From Octopus vulgaris (taxonomy: Eukaryota), in contig OX597830.1 in the NCBI GenBank assembly GCA_951406725.2, positions 50,654,001 through 50,718,000 of the forward strand: a stretch of 64,000 nt of DNA, written 5' to 3'. The position numbers were made by a program, and so were the translations under genes. The notes under the pieces were generated by a model that was not told the origin of the DNA, did no database searches, and worked only from the letters and a program-made list of their open reading frames with translations. Below are positions 14,546 through 31,724 of this stretch, one piece after another (positions within the stretch are counted from its first letter, which is position 1; every line of letters starts with the position of its first letter).

Positions 14546-15004
14546 TTAAGCTATCAAAGGCTGAACTGAATATAAAATAATAATATTAGCGTAAATAACA
14601 CCAACAATATTGACAGTGTAGCAACAGGGGCAGCAGCAGGGGCAGCAGAAGCAGCAGTAGTAGTAAATCAAATATTAATCCTGACTACACCGAGCAAGAG
14701 GTAACAAAAAGCCAAAAAAAAAGCCCCAAAAATAAACGAAAGCAAAAAAAAAAAAAATTATTAATCGAAAGTGTGAATCACAAGAGCCATTTATTTGGGC
14801 AATATTTTTCAACATAGACAACGTTGTGTAAGTTCCATTAAAGAAACTCGGATAAAAAAAACAAACAAACAAACAAACAAACGTCAATAAATAAATAAAT
14901 AAATAAATAATACAATGAAAATTTTACCTTGCAGCAACTCAATAAAATTTTGAAAGTAAACATTAAGTGATTCTACGGCAGAACTGTCTGCCATCTGTAT
15001 TGAA

Positions 15005-15276
15005 GATTATTATTATTATTATTATTATTATTGTTGTTGTTATTATTATTATTATGATTATTATTATTATTATTGTTGTTGTTGTTGTTGTTGTTGTTAT
15101 TATTGTTATTATTGTTATTACTATTATTATTATTGTTGTTGTTGTTATTATTATTATTATTAATATTATTATTTTTACTATTAATATTATTATTATTATT
15201 GTTGTTGTTGTTGTTATTGTTATTATTATTGTTATTATTATTACTGCTGTTGTTGTTGTTATTATTATTATCATTA

Positions 15277-15323
<47 letters not shown>

Positions 15324-15420
15324 ATTATTATTATTATTATTATTATTATCATTATTATTATTATTATTGTTATTATTATTATCATTGTTATCGTTGTTAT
15401 TCTTATTGTTGTTGCTGTTA
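15005..15420. repeat. Compound (TAT)n/(TGT)n microsatellite
   Basis: Direct reading. Confidence 0.97.
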
Positions 15421-15809
15421 TTTATCCTCCTCTCTTCTACAGGTGTATGCGAGTTTCTACTGCACCGCCAGTTGCATTACTCTCGTACTCCTTGTGTGCA
15501 TATGTGCATTTGGTTATGCGTGTGTGTCTGCATAAGCGTGTAAATGTGTGTGCGCGAGTGCGTGCGTGAGAATGTATGTACTCGCATATGTATGGGTGCA
15601 TACCTGCCTGTGAGTGTATATGTGTGTGTGTGTGGTTGTGTGTATGTGTGTGTGTGTGTGGTTGTGTGTGCGTGTGTGTGTGCGTGAGCGTGTGTGATCG
15701 TCTTTCGGGATATGTAGAATTGATCTTCTATTTTACATTAGATTTGGCTTGTTGCGGGATTCAGTTTTGTTTCTGGTAACGTAAGCCTGTTGTTTTCGGT
15801 AGTACGCTG

Positions 15810-15843
<34 letters not shown>

Positions 15844-16327
15844 TGTATGTATGTATGTATATATATATATGTTTATATATATATGTATATATACATATAT
15901 ATATATGTGTGTCTGTGTGTGTACAATATATGTAAATGTATCCATATATGTATGTCTGTTTATTCATATATATATATATATGAATATATATATATATATA
16001 TGTATGTATGTATGTATGTATATATGCATATGCATATATATATATATATGTCTCGAAATACGAGAGTAAAAAAACAACCAGCAACTGATGAAGGGCCGTT
16101 CTTTATGTTGTTTGTCTTGTTTTCCATTTGTGACTTTCAGTGTTCGGAAAAATAATTCATATTCCATGCATTTGTACTTCGCAATTCTTGTTGTACACGT
16201 TTCGTGATGTCCTGTGCCCACATATGCATACTATATACTTACATACATATATATATACGTATAGATGTAAGTATGCACATATACTACGTATATATGCATA
16301 TATATGTATGTTATTCATATTATATAC

Positions 16328-16373
<46 letters not shown>

Positions 16374-17399
16374 TGTGGTGTATTGTGTTGTTTTGTTGCT
16401 TGGCATTTGTGTAGTGTATATATATGTTTTACGTTGTGTTGTTCTGTCTGGTATGTGTGTATAGAATATGTTTTATTGCTAGGTAAAATTTCTGTAGCGT
16501 CTATGTAATGGGTGTGATGTGTTGTGTTGTTATGTACGTTAGAAACATGTATAATTTGTGTGGCATTTTGAAGAATATGTGTCTCATGTGGTAACCTGTT
16601 GCATCATGGATTTTAGAGTATGTGTAACGTATGGTTGATATGCGTCTGTGTTTGCACGTGTGTGTGTAAAATATAAATGTAATATGTTCGTTGTATTGCA
16701 TTTGTGTAGGGTGTCTGTAATATGCGTGTCCTTCCGTGGTTTGGAGTAGCATGTGTGTAGAATATGTGCAATGTGGGTGTTGTGAAAGAACAAAAAAAGC
16801 GAGGAAGATATAACGAGCAAAAGAGAGACAAAAAGAGATGGATCAACAAAACTATAAGAGGTTAAAGAGAAAGAGAGAGAGCGAGAAAGCGTGGGAACAA
16901 CAGAACAAGAATGAGAGAAAGAGAGAGAGAGAGAGAGAGAAATCAAAAGAGAGTATGAGGGAGAGTAAAAGAGAAAGAAAGCGTGGAAGCAACAGAACGA
17001 GAAAGAGGAATAAAACTAAAAAAAGAGAGAAAAAGAGTGAGTGCAGAAGAGTGAGAAAAGAGAGAAGGGCAGAGAGAAAGAGAGAGGGAGAGAGAGAAGA
17101 AGGGAGAGAAAGAGACAGAGAGAGAATGACTCGAATACCCGCCATGGCCTGCCAAAAGCTTTATTGATGTCGTGGGCATCCTTAAATTTATTTGTCTATG
17201 AGGGTAACATAAACCAGTATGTTCCCAATGGATGAGACCTTATTGAAATTGTAATGTAGATCGTTCAGGAAAGAGAAAGAAACGAAGTAGTAGAGAGAGG
17301 TGGGGTGTTGTTCTATATTAATGGTTGTTAACTGGATAGATCTGTGAGTTGCCGACGCCTTAATACCAAGAATCGATTATGTTAGAGTAAACGATTGGT

Positions 17400-19100
17400 G
17401 TAATTTTATTGAAAGAGGATTAGTATGTAAAGTATGCATTGTTCAAAATATCCGTTCTGTAAAGTGAGTGTTTTGTAACAGACACGGTGTATAAAGTATG
17501 TCTCAAGAAACGTATGTGGCGTGTATATGTGCTTCTCAAAGGATGTTTTATGTTAAGTATGTATTGTGTAAAATAAATGTTGTGTAAAGTATGTGTTGTG
17601 TAAAATATGTTATGTACAGTATGTGTTATGTAAAATATTGTATAAGTACATGTTATGTAAAGTATGTGCTATGTAAAGTATGTGTTGTGTAAAGTATGTG
17701 TTATGCAAAATATGCTATATAAAGTATGGGTTATGGAAAGTATATGTAATGTAAAATATTATGTAAAGTACGTGTTTTGTAAAGAATGTTATGTAAATTA
17801 TGTTCTGTAAAGTGTGTTGTGTAAAGTATCGGTTATGCAAAGTATGTTGTGTGAAAGTATATATTGTGGAAAGTATGTGTTATGTAAAGTATGTGCTGTG
17901 CAAATTATGAGGTGTGCAAAATATGTGCTGCGCAAAGTATGTTATGTACAGTATTTACTTTTGTATAATATTGTGTAAATTACGTGCTTTGTAAAGAATG
18001 TGTTATGTAGATTATGTCATATAAAGTATGTGTCCTATGAAATATGCATTATACACAGTAGAGTGTAAAGTTTGTGGCGTGTAAAGTATGTTAGGTAAAG
18101 TAGTATCTTGTTTATGTATTGTGTTGAGTATGTATTGTGCAAACATTGTATTGTGTAAAGCAAGTGCTGTTCAAAATTTCTGTTGTATAAATATATTTTG
18201 TAAAGTATATGCTGTGTAAACTATGTATTCTGCAATGTTGGTGTTGTATAAAGGTTTTTGTAATAGAGAATGTGTTGTGCAAAGTTAATGTTGTATAAAG
18301 CACATGAAATATGAATTGCTTGAAGTATAATTTTCTGTAAAGTGTACGTTGTTTAAACTGTTGTTTTGTAAAGAATGTGTTGTGTAAAGCAGCGCTTATA
18401 GAATGTGTGTAAAACACGTTATGTAAAGTATATAATCGTGTAAAATATATGTAGTGTGAATTGTGTCGTGTAAATTATGTATTGTTCAAATTTTACACAA
18501 TTTTGTCGAATAAGTGGTTCACGGGTCGCATGCAGCCCTTTTGGAACACAAATGTCACCTGCGAGTGGCGTAGCTAGAGTTTTCATACTGGAAAAACAAA
18601 AATGATTAATAGAAATAACAAGAATTTGATTTAAAAAATAGGATTATTGATGAGCAAGTAAATTTTTTTAAAATAAATTTATTTAATAATAAAGAACTGG
18701 CATGACCGGAGTCTTTGTTATAATCTTGTATTTAAAAATATGCAGCCCATATGGCAACATGTATGTGAGCAATACGGCCCATACAGACTCAGCAGTTTGA
18801 CTTACCTAATGTAAAGTATGTTGCTTGAAGTACGTGTCATGAAAAGTATGCATCGTGTAAAATATGTGTTGCAGAAACTTATTCTGCATATAGTATATTA
18901 CGTAAAATGCATGATGCATTGTGGACACGTTGAGAAACGCACTCGTTTTTTTAAATGTATATCATGTGTAAAGTATATGTTGTATATAATATGTTTTGCA
19001 TGGAATATATGTGTGGTGTATAAAGTATGTTGTGTATGCATTATGCATTTAGTGGTGATTCTGCCTTGGATAGTATGTAAGATATTGAGAGGCGGCGATT
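17400..19100. repeat. Degenerate 14-16 bp minisatellite (consensus ~GTAAAGTATGTGTTRT), interrupted by a hAT-like fragment
   Basis: Dozens of imperfect units such as tgtaaagtatgtgttg, tgtaaaatatgttat; best preserved at 17560-18000. Confidence 0.85.
18512..18810. mobile_element. hAT (Charlie/Buster-like) non-autonomous fragment
   Basis: Subterminal cgggtcgcatgcagccc / tgcagccc / tacggccc motifs and end cagtttgacttacct, typical of Charlie-type termini. Confidence 0.4.
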
Positions 19101-20074
19101 GTGTTGAAAGTGGGTTGTATGGTTTACATTATATTATTTCAAGGTTGAGTGTATATTGTATGTTTTGCATACAGAGAATGTAATACCACCAAACATAAAA
19201 TTCACTTCCTCACCTACCTACTGTATTCTGCTTTTACTAAGTTTTAGCTTAACATCCAGGGTCATCTCTCCTGGCATTTTTGGTCATAATTATTCATTAA
19301 GGTTATTATTGTCATCAATATAGCTGTAGTTTTAATTAAATTCTCACGGTTCACCACATCAATTAACTCCTACGTTAGATTCGTTTTTACTGTGTATCTC
19401 CTTTGCAGCAGGCATCCCTGCGTATGTTACTTCTTCGGTAGTCAGCTTTGTTAATAACTAAACAAATTTGAATTAAACTTTGAAACAGATTTTGAAGTAC
19501 TGTATGAGCCCACCACACAGAAACATAACATCAACACTGACTGAGTGGCTGGCGGCTGAGAAAGATGGGGAGACAGTTGCGAAGAATTTCTATTTCGAAT
19601 ATGATTAGTTGTGTAACAAACAAATAAATAAATAACATAAAATAAAATAAAACAAACAAATAAGTAAATGCCCAACTGATTGACTAAGAGGTGTACCAGA
19701 CATCGTTTTAGGTACAAGTGACATCAACAACATTAAAAATAAAAACAAAAATCAACAAAAAAGCAGCAACAAAAAAAATCAAAACAAACCAGACAAAATG
19801 TGATGTGATGGTAGACATCTATGATTAAAAGTTTTGTGACAAATGAAGGGATATGGTTGTGTCATATTTATCAATGTGATCGCTTCATTGAACTAATTGC
19901 TTGATCGACTGCAAGACGATAAAACAATATTAATGGCGTTTTATTGTTCTATCATTTAATGACCGATCAATATATGTCTTCGACCATTAATGGAATCTGA
20001 TTTCTTTATGATATTTTAGTACATTCCTTACGACAGTCTCACTTGGGGGAGAATTTTGTTTTGGACAATTATCA

Positions 20075-20119
<45 letters not shown>

Positions 20120-20237
20120 GAAGTAGTAGTACTGCGAGAATCGGTTGATATAATGCCTTACACTGTTATATGAATACGGATTATATATCCATTTGTGTGC
20201 GTGTGTGAGTGTGTGTGTGTTTCTGTATGTATGTATG

Positions 20238-20289
<52 letters not shown>

Positions 20290-20689
20290 TATATATACAC
20301 ATATACATATATATATATTCATATATAAATATTCATATTCATATTCATATATATATATATAAATATTTATATGCATACATACATATATAAATATGGAGTT
20401 TACGAAGGAAGCCCTAAGTAGCTGCTGCACTTATTAGAAATAGTGCTGAAATCTCCCCTGAAGTGAAAACCAACTGTCTTGTATCAAGAAAGAAGCATTA
20501 ACTAATGTAATCGTAGATATCCATTAACAGACGAGACAGCAGTAGTTGCAATGTCTTTAATGATAATCCTGGTCAACATTTTCATTCTTAAGACGTTGAT
20601 GTTTAGTATTTCACATTGCTAATTGGCAACATCGTATGGACATCGGACAAATGTCTGGTGATAATTAGTCTGCCTGCTATATTCTTATC

Positions 20690-21090
20690 CTTTTTTTAAT
20701 CAGGAGAGAATACAGTGCCCCATCACCCGTTATAGGGCCTCCTTAAGTCCCAAGGTCTAACATACAAGTAGACAATGGTGAGATTTGAACTCAAAACGCA
20801 AAGAGCCGAACTATAAAAAATGCTGCAAGGTATCAGATTTAACGTTCTCACGGTTCTGCTATGCAGCACCCCTAGATTGGTGCTGCATGTCTTAACCGGC
20901 CTGAAAGGGATGAAAGGCAATGATGACCTGGGGAGGATTTGAGATCAGAGGAAAGAAAGTAGGGACAAATTATGAAAGCCACCTGTGCGATGCTCTAACG
21001 GCTCGAACAATTCAATTCCTTTTGCATTTTGAGTTCAAATTGCGCCGAAGTCAACATTGTCTTGCTCTCGGTAAATAAAAGTACCAGTTA
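20690..21090. mobile_element. Old SINE fragments in both orientations
   Basis: gagatttgaactcaaaacg, gaaagggatgaaaggcaa (minus); gagttcaaattgcgccgaagtcaac..agtaccag (plus). Confidence 0.6.
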
Positions 21091-21155
21091 TTTTTAATTA
21101 ACTCTTTCTCTCTCCCACTTTCCTCTCTTCCTCCCTGTCTCTACCTATCTATCTC

Positions 21156-21274
<119 letters not shown>

Positions 21275-21282
21275 ATCCATCT

Positions 21283-22561
<1,279 letters not shown>

Positions 22562-23039
22562 ATCTATCTATCAATATTTTGACGTTTATACCATAGATTG
22601 ATATATGTCTTCACATGTATGAGTTCAAATGCTTCAGGAATTTGGAAGTAGAGTGTATCTGAATACTAAAACCCGTAAATATCAATGGAACTTTAATAAA
22701 ATCAGCACGTAATTCCGCTACCATTATGTGAAAGAAAAATATATGAGGCCCGCTTTTGTGGGCCTCATACATTTCCATTAAATATACATTACCGAAAGCT
22801 CCATATATTCCTCATAAATCCATTACCGTCATATATACATTACTGGAAGTTCCAGTACCTTTTCCTCAGAAGGAGGTGAATAGAAACATGCCAAAAGAAA
22901 GACTTCTCAGAAGATCGAAAAGACACGTACAATGGATTTGAATTGACTTTCAACAGGCAGCTGGCCCAACACGTTACAGACACAGCTATGAAACGCAGAT
23001 TCCTGTAACATATCTATCTACCCATCTATCTATCTATCT

Positions 23040-23478
23040 GAAGCCACCTTGAGCATAATCCTATGAACCCAGAAATTGAAAACAGAGAGTTACCCACTTG
23101 CAAACAAATGTGGTAACATATAACAATATTGACCAAGGTTACCGTGGTCTTTTTCGTAGGCTTTTCTTCCCACGGATAAACCTTACTTGCTTTCCCCTTT
23201 ACACCATACATCATGACACTGTGATACACGATCCCTTTTGATCTTTTTTTCCTCTTCCCCTTTTTTCCTCTTTTTTCTTCTTTTTTCATTTTTCTTTTCT
23301 TTTGTTCCTTTTCCCATTTTTCTTTTTTTCTTTTCCTTTTTTTGTTCTTTTTTTCCCCTTTTACGATCCCTTTTGATCGCAAACCTACGCCACCTTTTTT
23401 TTTCATCCCCCAAAAGAAAAGCTCTACCTTGTAACTTGTCCCATCTGTGTGCAGCCCTGTGTGGCCAATAAAGAAACT
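23040..23478 (+). mobile_element. Second, 5'-truncated L1/Tx1-clade 3' end (related subfamily), flanked by TCTA repeats
   Basis: Colinear with 22140-22452: agcataa, aggttaccgtggtctttttcgtagg, gatcccttttgatc, aaaagaaaagctctaccttgt, agccctgtgtggccaataaagaaac. Confidence 0.8.
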
Positions 23479-23488
23479 TATCTATCTC

Positions 23489-23612
<124 letters not shown>

Positions 23613-24240
23613 CCTACCTATCTGTGTGCGTTTGTGTATGTGTGTGTAGTATTTTCATGCATTACACTATGCAATCTTCAGGTTCATGTGGTAGTGGTGA
23701 TAGTTATGTTTTACAATTTACAACTGTGGCGAGATGGCTAAACTGTGTGCCTTAAATACATTTGTCTAAGCTCCAGAATGTAATTTTTTGCAAACTGTAT
23801 TCTGACCAGTCAGTGTGTGATTTTACTAAATTTTACTAAAGACATAAATATATATATATGTAAATGCATATGTATGTATGTACGCACACACACACGCGCA
23901 CAAAATTTCCTGGCGTATGCTTATACTAGTTAGCTGTTACAGGCGAAAAGAAGAGAGGAAGAATCAGAAAATATTAAGTACGGGGAGGGGTGGAGGAAGA
24001 AAACTGGAAAAGAAGAAAAAAAGAAAAAAGAAATAAAAGAAAGAGAAGCAGAAAAGAGAAAGAAAGGGAAAATAGAAAGGGACAGAGAGTATTACATCAT
24101 GGCGTTCGAAAGTATCTGAGGACAATTGGATATTCCGTTTAGCTGGGTATTAAGGCTCTGCCCTTCTTTATAAGCTATTTTCGATTTAAGGTTTTCTTCG
24201 AGTTTTTATAAGATGATGTTTTTATACCGCAATTTGTTCA

Positions 24241-24510
24241 TTGACTCTAGTATTTCATTGGTGGTTTTCAGTGTTTCGGTTCCTGGACCTAGGAATACGT
24301 TATGTTCCTTGCATGCAACCGTCTAGAAAAAGACCGTTAGTTGAAAAGACCAATGAAGCTAAACCGTTTTCAAATGTGTTTCTATTAAACTAATTGTATA
24401 TTTTTGCTTATAACTTAGTTTTTGTTCCATTCTAAACAAAACTATCCGACAAACAAGAACATGAAACTCTGAGTAATAGTTTTCGTGATATTGTTGGTGC
24501 TTTTTAGTAA

Positions 24511-24566
<56 letters not shown>

Positions 24567-24902
24567 TAGGGAATAAATCCAAACTTACAGGGAAAAATCA
24601 GATTTAGGATTGAATCCAATTTTATAGTAAAATATTATATTATATTAAATTAGAGATAAAACCACTATTAGGCAAATCAAACAATGAAAAACTTAAGCCA
24701 ATACATAAAATTAATTAATTTATATTATTTTAAATATATATCAAAATTATTAAAAGTTTATTCCTTGATGCAGGAATACTCATCTTTGTTAGCTGAGTAA
24801 ACTGAAGCAACATAAAATGATGTGTTTTGCTCAAGGAACATAACGTATTCCCAGGTCCAGAAACCGAAACACTGAAAACCACCAATGAAGTACTAGAGTC
24901 AA
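24241..24902. repeat. Inverted repeat, 71-bp arms (24241-24311 / 24832-24902), 3 mismatches
   Basis: ttgactctagtatttcattgg...gttatgttccttg versus caaggaacataac...tactagagtcaa. Confidence 0.95.
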
Positions 24903-24974
24903 CGGACTCGATTATGCCACCCGGCATAAAATTCTTTTCCTTATGTCAAAATTTCGCATAATTATTAATACGGG

Positions 24975-25435
24975 CTGAATATGCTAACGATTCTCTCAGC
25001 TTGCCGTCTTAATATCTGCTTTCAAATTTTGGCATAAGGACAGCAATCTCGGGAAGTGGATAAATCGATTACATTGACTCCTGTGTTCAGCTGGTACTTA
25101 TTTTATCGAACCCGAAAGGATGAAAGGCAAAGTCGCTTTCGACAAAATTTGAGCTCAGAACGTAAAGACGGACGAAATCTTGTTAAGCATTCAATATTCC
25201 GCCAAGTCGCGGTCTTAATAATCATTTCCACTATAGGTACAAGGCCTGACATTTTCGGGGAAGACACTTTTCGATTACGTTGACTCCAGTATTCAACTGG
25301 TACTTGCTTTTATCGACCTCGAGGGATGACAGGCAAAGTCGACCTCGGCGGAATTTGAACTCAGAACGTAAAACTGACGAAATGCCACTAAACATTTTCC
25401 CCAGCGTGCTAACGATTCTGCCAGCTCGCCGCCTT
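24975..25435 (-). mobile_element. Tandem SINE copies (tails C and B)
   Basis: Core gaaaggatgaaaggcaaagtcg and head gctaacgattctgccagctcgccgcc on the minus strand; copies at ~25020-25210 and ~25225-25435. Confidence 0.85.
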
Positions 25436-26526
25436 TCTCCGTCTTGATAATGATTAATACTAGAGGCCGATGGATGAACAAAATTGCTAGAGCATTTTGA
25501 CAAAATGGCCTACGGTTATTTTCGCTCGGGTTCTTTGCCTTTCACTTCCATGGATCGGTCAAATATAATAACAGTCTCTTAAAGAGACTAAATATGCACT
25601 CTTCAAAATATTTCGGTCCTCGTCCCTAAAACAAACAAACATGATTATTATCATTAATCCTCGTATATAAATATTTATCTTAATTTCTGAGTAAAATAAT
25701 ATGAAACCAAAATATAAATAATATCAATGCTAATTTTTATATTGGTTTCCTTATTTTTTTACCATGTTCATCCACCAAGAATATAGATGATACCCACCCA
25801 CTTGTCCAATTATAATGAGTAACTCTAACGAATACAGTACACAAAGATATAAATATATATAACAAAAAATAAAATACGGGAAGCAATTTCAATCAGAGCA
25901 TAATGCACGCTGCTGGTTCTAATGGGAGAGGAAATCATGGTTGATTTATGCTTCGGTTTATTTAGATAAATATCAGTCTCAACTTTCATGTAGAAATTTA
26001 TGCATTATAACAATAAGCATAAATCTGTAAAGGAATGGGGGATATATGTATATCCATATATACGCACGTAAGTAGAGATAATTATATGTGTGTGTGTGTA
26101 TGTATATATAAACACACAAAAGCACACGCATTCGCATACGCAGACACGCACGTACCAACACACATACACGCCGCCTTGTATAAATATATACAGCTACAAT
26201 GATACTGATATATTTACATGAAAAAATTAAAGAATTCTAAATGCGGATGTGTGGAGGGAAATCATAAATGTTATATCCTAGATATAATGGACACACATAC
26301 ACACACACACACACAAACATACACACACAGAAGCACTCTCACACTCACACACACATTCACACACACACAAGCACACAAAATCACACACACAGACACACAC
26401 AAACATACACATATATGCATAGACGTACATATGCACATGTATATACAAATATCTGTGAAATGATACATATGTGTGTATGTACAGACAAAAATGAGATAAA
26501 TATAGATGGATAGATAGATAGATAGT

Positions 26527-26599
<73 letters not shown>

Positions 26600-27330
26600 G
26601 ACAACTTGTCTGTCCCTATTAACACAACCTCCAGAACCCATCGGCCCACCAACCTCTACGTGTGTGTATTTGTGGGTGTTTATGTGTATCTGTATGATAT
26701 ATACATACGCTTCTTTCTAAAAAACAAATTCACCACATCCAATCCAATTTATTCATATATTCACATTATTATTAATATTTTCCATTCTGTAATTATTTAT
26801 TTCTTGTAAATATTGGCATTTTGTTTTAATTTTACAATTATACACATACACACATGCATACAGACATGCATATATATAAATAAATAAATATATATATATA
26901 TATATATTATATGTAAACACACACAAACACACACAAACTCTCTCCCCACAAATACATATGCGTGTGTCTGCAAATGTGTGCTTGTGTAATTGTATGCGAG
27001 TATGCATATGTACGTGTGTCTGTGAATAATTCTATTTTCTTGCAGATTCTAATTTATGTGTCTCTATAGAGATCTCTCCCCGTGCACATTTTACCAATGT
27101 CGGCCAGAAATGAAGCTATCACATGGCACTTTCAACTTGGCCTTTATTATCATTTCTGATATGTGTACACACACACACACACACATACACACACACACAC
27201 ATACACACACACACGCACACACACACACACGCACACACACATACACATATAAAAAAGAATGAACAGCTCTCTCACTATACCAGAATAAATAATATATTCC
27301 TGGAAGCGCTACACAATTCATATTTTCACA

Positions 27331-27430
<100 letters not shown>

Positions 27431-28517
27431 ATATATATATAAGCATATATATGTATATGTATATATATGTATATATATATATATGCATGTTTGTACCTAT
27501 ATATGTATATACGCATCTATCTATCTATCTATCTATCTCTTTGTCTATATATCTATCGATATATGTGTGTATATGTCTATCTTTATACATATATATATAC
27601 ACACTAACATAAACACATACTTCAAGGTTTAAGTAAGTTAGTTATTCCATTGGTGTTATAGGTTATATGAGTATTTGTATAAGTGTGCGTGTCTATATAC
27701 ATACATGTACAGACACACACATACACAGTCGTAGACGTACATATGCAAGTACCTACATAAACAGCTGAGACTATAGCCATTTCTACACGCATCCATTCTG
27801 GCCATGTGATTTTTCTGTCTGTTCGTCCCTATCCACACACTTTCGCCAATATATAAACTTGTTTTGATATACTCTCTCTCTTAACACATTCACACACCTA
27901 ATTTATTTTTCAATTGCAATCTCCGTCTGAATGCACTTCCTTTCAAATACCCAGGGTGCATACATGTACATATTCAATATATTCAACTAGGTCTATACAG
28001 CATCATCAGTCACTTTTCTTTCCTCTTCTTTCCAAAACATCCGCTCGGCTTCCTTATGACTCGCTGCAGATTTGCTAACACCCGTACCGTCTTTACAGCT
28101 CTTAGTCTTGCACCGACTAACTCTTTTCTTACTGTAATTTTACTCTAAACTCGGCCTTAAAAGATCTGTAAAAATCTTCTTTATATTGGAAAAGAAATAT
28201 AAAATAACAACATTAATAAGTACAACAACATCAACAACAACCGGACACATTCTAAATTCATTCATTACATATATGTATAGGTCTATCTGTATCCACAAAA
28301 ATATATATGCCTTCCTATATATACCGGTATATAATGAGCATTCATGTACGAAAGACCTCAACTTCATCCGAAGGAACATAACGTCTTTCTCCCACTCTCT
28401 CTCTCTCTCTCTCTCTCACAATATATGCGTGTGTGTGCATTCATGTATGTATATATACGTATATATATATGTATGTCTATAGGTATATTTATTTACGTAT
28501 ACATTTATATGTATATG

Positions 28518-28562
<45 letters not shown>

Positions 28563-28813
28563 TTAGAGACAAATATATATATATATATATATATATGAAT
28601 ATTATATATATATATATACATATATGTACGTATGTACAAATATACTTATACGAATATATACATATACATAAACAAATAGAAATATATATATATATATATG
28701 TATCCATACAAATATACATATCCGTTTTTTGGTCTGTAAATGCGGATGTATATTCACATGTATACGTTCTCTACACGTTTATAAATATATATAAATCTAT
28801 TTCCACTTTCACG

Positions 28814-28846
<33 letters not shown>

Positions 28847-29059
28847 TATACACACTCAGTTACGTACGTACACGTGCATACGTCAATCTTTCATCTTTAT
28901 TAATATTCTTTTTATTCATGTTCAGTCCGCTGTATGTAGACGTTTATACGTGTACCTGCGTAGGGACCTATATAATAATGTACGAATATGCGTGTTTATG
29001 TATGCAACAATACATGTGTATATACATATATATATGTATGCATATAAATATAGATATAG

Positions 29060-29110
<51 letters not shown>

Positions 29111-29349
29111 TATATGTACATATATATACATATATACATACATATATATATATAGATGTATATGTGTGTACATATGTAGTGACGCATCTTTATGTATATA
29201 TGGGGTGTTAGATCTACCCCCCTAGAATTCATTTTATTACAGACTATCTCGCTTCCCTTTAATCTTATTTTATGAATGGCAGCAATTATCTATTTAAACG
29301 CACCTCTACTAACACACATACATATGTATATATATATATATATATAAAT

Positions 29350-29418
<69 letters not shown>

Positions 29419-29800
29419 GACAGACAGTTTTTGCACATATACATATGTGTGTGTGTGTACATATACATGTATGTGTGTATGTATAACTGTCTATTCAGAT
29501 ATACTTAATTCATCCCGTCTCAGAACGATATCAAATTTTCGAATATAATTCTTCTTTGAAAGATGCCTTGCTAATGGAACTCTCTGTATTGGAATATATG
29601 TGTTTATTTTCATAATTTAATTTCTAGCAATATATATAACCACATACATATACCCACACATTCACACATATATACATACACACACATGCATATATACATA
29701 TATCTAACTATTTGCATATATGTGTATTGATATATACATACCTACTTGCGCACACACGTATATATATGTATATATGTGTATATATATATGTGTGTGTATA

Positions 29801-29847
<47 letters not shown>

Positions 29848-30016
29848 TTGTATATATATATATATATATATATATACATTTATATATATATACATGCATA
29901 TATATATAATATGGGTGTATGTAAGCATATAAGTATATATATCTATACGTGTGTGTGTATATAATATATACGTTTATGAGTCTCGACTATACGCCATGTA
30001 TTCGAATACAGACACA

Positions 30017-30070
<54 letters not shown>

Positions 30071-30317
30071 AACTGCGGAGTTCAGACATCGGCTACGGAT
30101 GTTTTGACTTTAAGTAACGAGAAAGAAAATACTCAATACGTGCTCTAGAGTATGTTATTTTAACAAAACTTGTGACATACTCCATCATTTTTCAAAAGTA
30201 TTTCGTTTGAAAATTGCTTTTGGCCAATAACAAGTACCACACCGTACTTCAATCATAGCTACACACAATTACACACACACATGCCGCCATGTACACATAG
30301 ATGCTCACACGCACACA

Positions 30318-30407
<90 letters not shown>

Positions 30408-30890
30408 AATGGTATATTTTTGGAAACAGCGCATCATATATAAAAGATATTTGCAAGACCTTTGAGCGATGCAGGTGAGATTTTGAAGGAAACATAACGA
30501 AAGAGAAATGGTATTGTATTCCTTTACATACTTCGCTTAATGATTGCATAATATTTTGTGGGGACATTCTCATCTTTCAAATATAAGAAAGAAAACAATC
30601 AAAGAATCCGTTGAAAGGATTTGTTATCGCCAAGCCATTCTAGAAAGTTATGGCGGGAGCTATTTTTTGAATAGTTTCTACGCCCTACTGCCTTAGTCGT
30701 TGCGGTTGGTTGAGGTACAATCACAATAATGTGGTTAGGAAATAGCAGCAGTAGTAATGAAGTTCTATAGCAAGTGAGCAGAGGTGTGAAACAAGTTGGT
30801 GGGAAAGACACTGAACGATAGTTAAGATCAGTCTCTCAGTAATTATTGAGTATTCCTTCGTTTAGATCGGGCAGGTTATACAAAATTTAA

Positions 30891-31120
30891 GGCGGCAAGC
30901 TGGTAGAAGCTTTAGCACGCCGGCCGAAATGCTTAGCGGCATTTCGCCTGCCGTTACGTTCTGATTTCAAATTCCGCCGAGGTCGACTTTGCCTTTCGTC
31001 CTTTCGGGGTCGATTAAATAAGTACCAGTTACGCACTGGTGTCGGTATAATAGACTTAATCCATTTGTCTGTCCTTGTTTGTCCTCTATGTGTTTAGCCC
31101 CTTGTGGGTAGTAAAGAAAT
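30891..31120 (+). mobile_element. tRNA-derived SINE family A, full length
   Basis: Full head-core-tail; 20-bp TSD aggttatacaaaatttaagg at 30873-30892 and 31121-31140. Confidence 0.95.
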
Positions 31121-31651
31121 AGGTTATACAAAATTTAAGGTGTGGTAAATTTTGCTGCTTCGATGTGGGTAAGGTGAATAGTTGCAATGTCGGTAAAGCC
31201 ATGTCTGTTACTTAGTTTGACTCTGTTGTTGATTTCTGCTCGTAGTTTTCAGTTATTGGTATCCAGTTACATATTGTGATTAGTTCCCCACCTGCATTGC
31301 CGAAAGGCTTTTGGATACATGTATATAATTTAACGGCGTCTGTGTGTGTGTGTGTGTGTGTGTGCATAAGTACGAGTGCTTCTTGTAATCTGTCACTTTT
31401 AATTATATATTCATTAACATTCGTATATAACTTCTATCGCAAGCACGTTAGATCTCTGCTGTACGAAATAGTTAGGAAGCTAAAGTCGTTTACTTATTAC
31501 ATTACACTAAATCATTATTAACTTTACAGGAAAACGAGTGTATATGATGAAAATACTTCTCTAGGATAAAATAGAGTAAGACAGCGTAAAGGGGGATAAT
31601 AGTAATAATAGCAGCAACAACAGTAGCAACAGCAGCAGCAGTAGCAGCAGA

Positions 31652-31724
<73 letters not shown>

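Noticed and set aside
16084-16110. Isolated CTGATGA boxes (also at ~347 and ~7633)
   Set aside because: No properly placed GAAA/UH or stems; the 7633 case lies in the RTE endonuclease GDFNA codons.
17400-18500. Regular repeats superficially like a CRISPR array
   Set aside because: Degenerate tandem minisatellite without unique spacers, in eukaryotic DNA with no cas genes.
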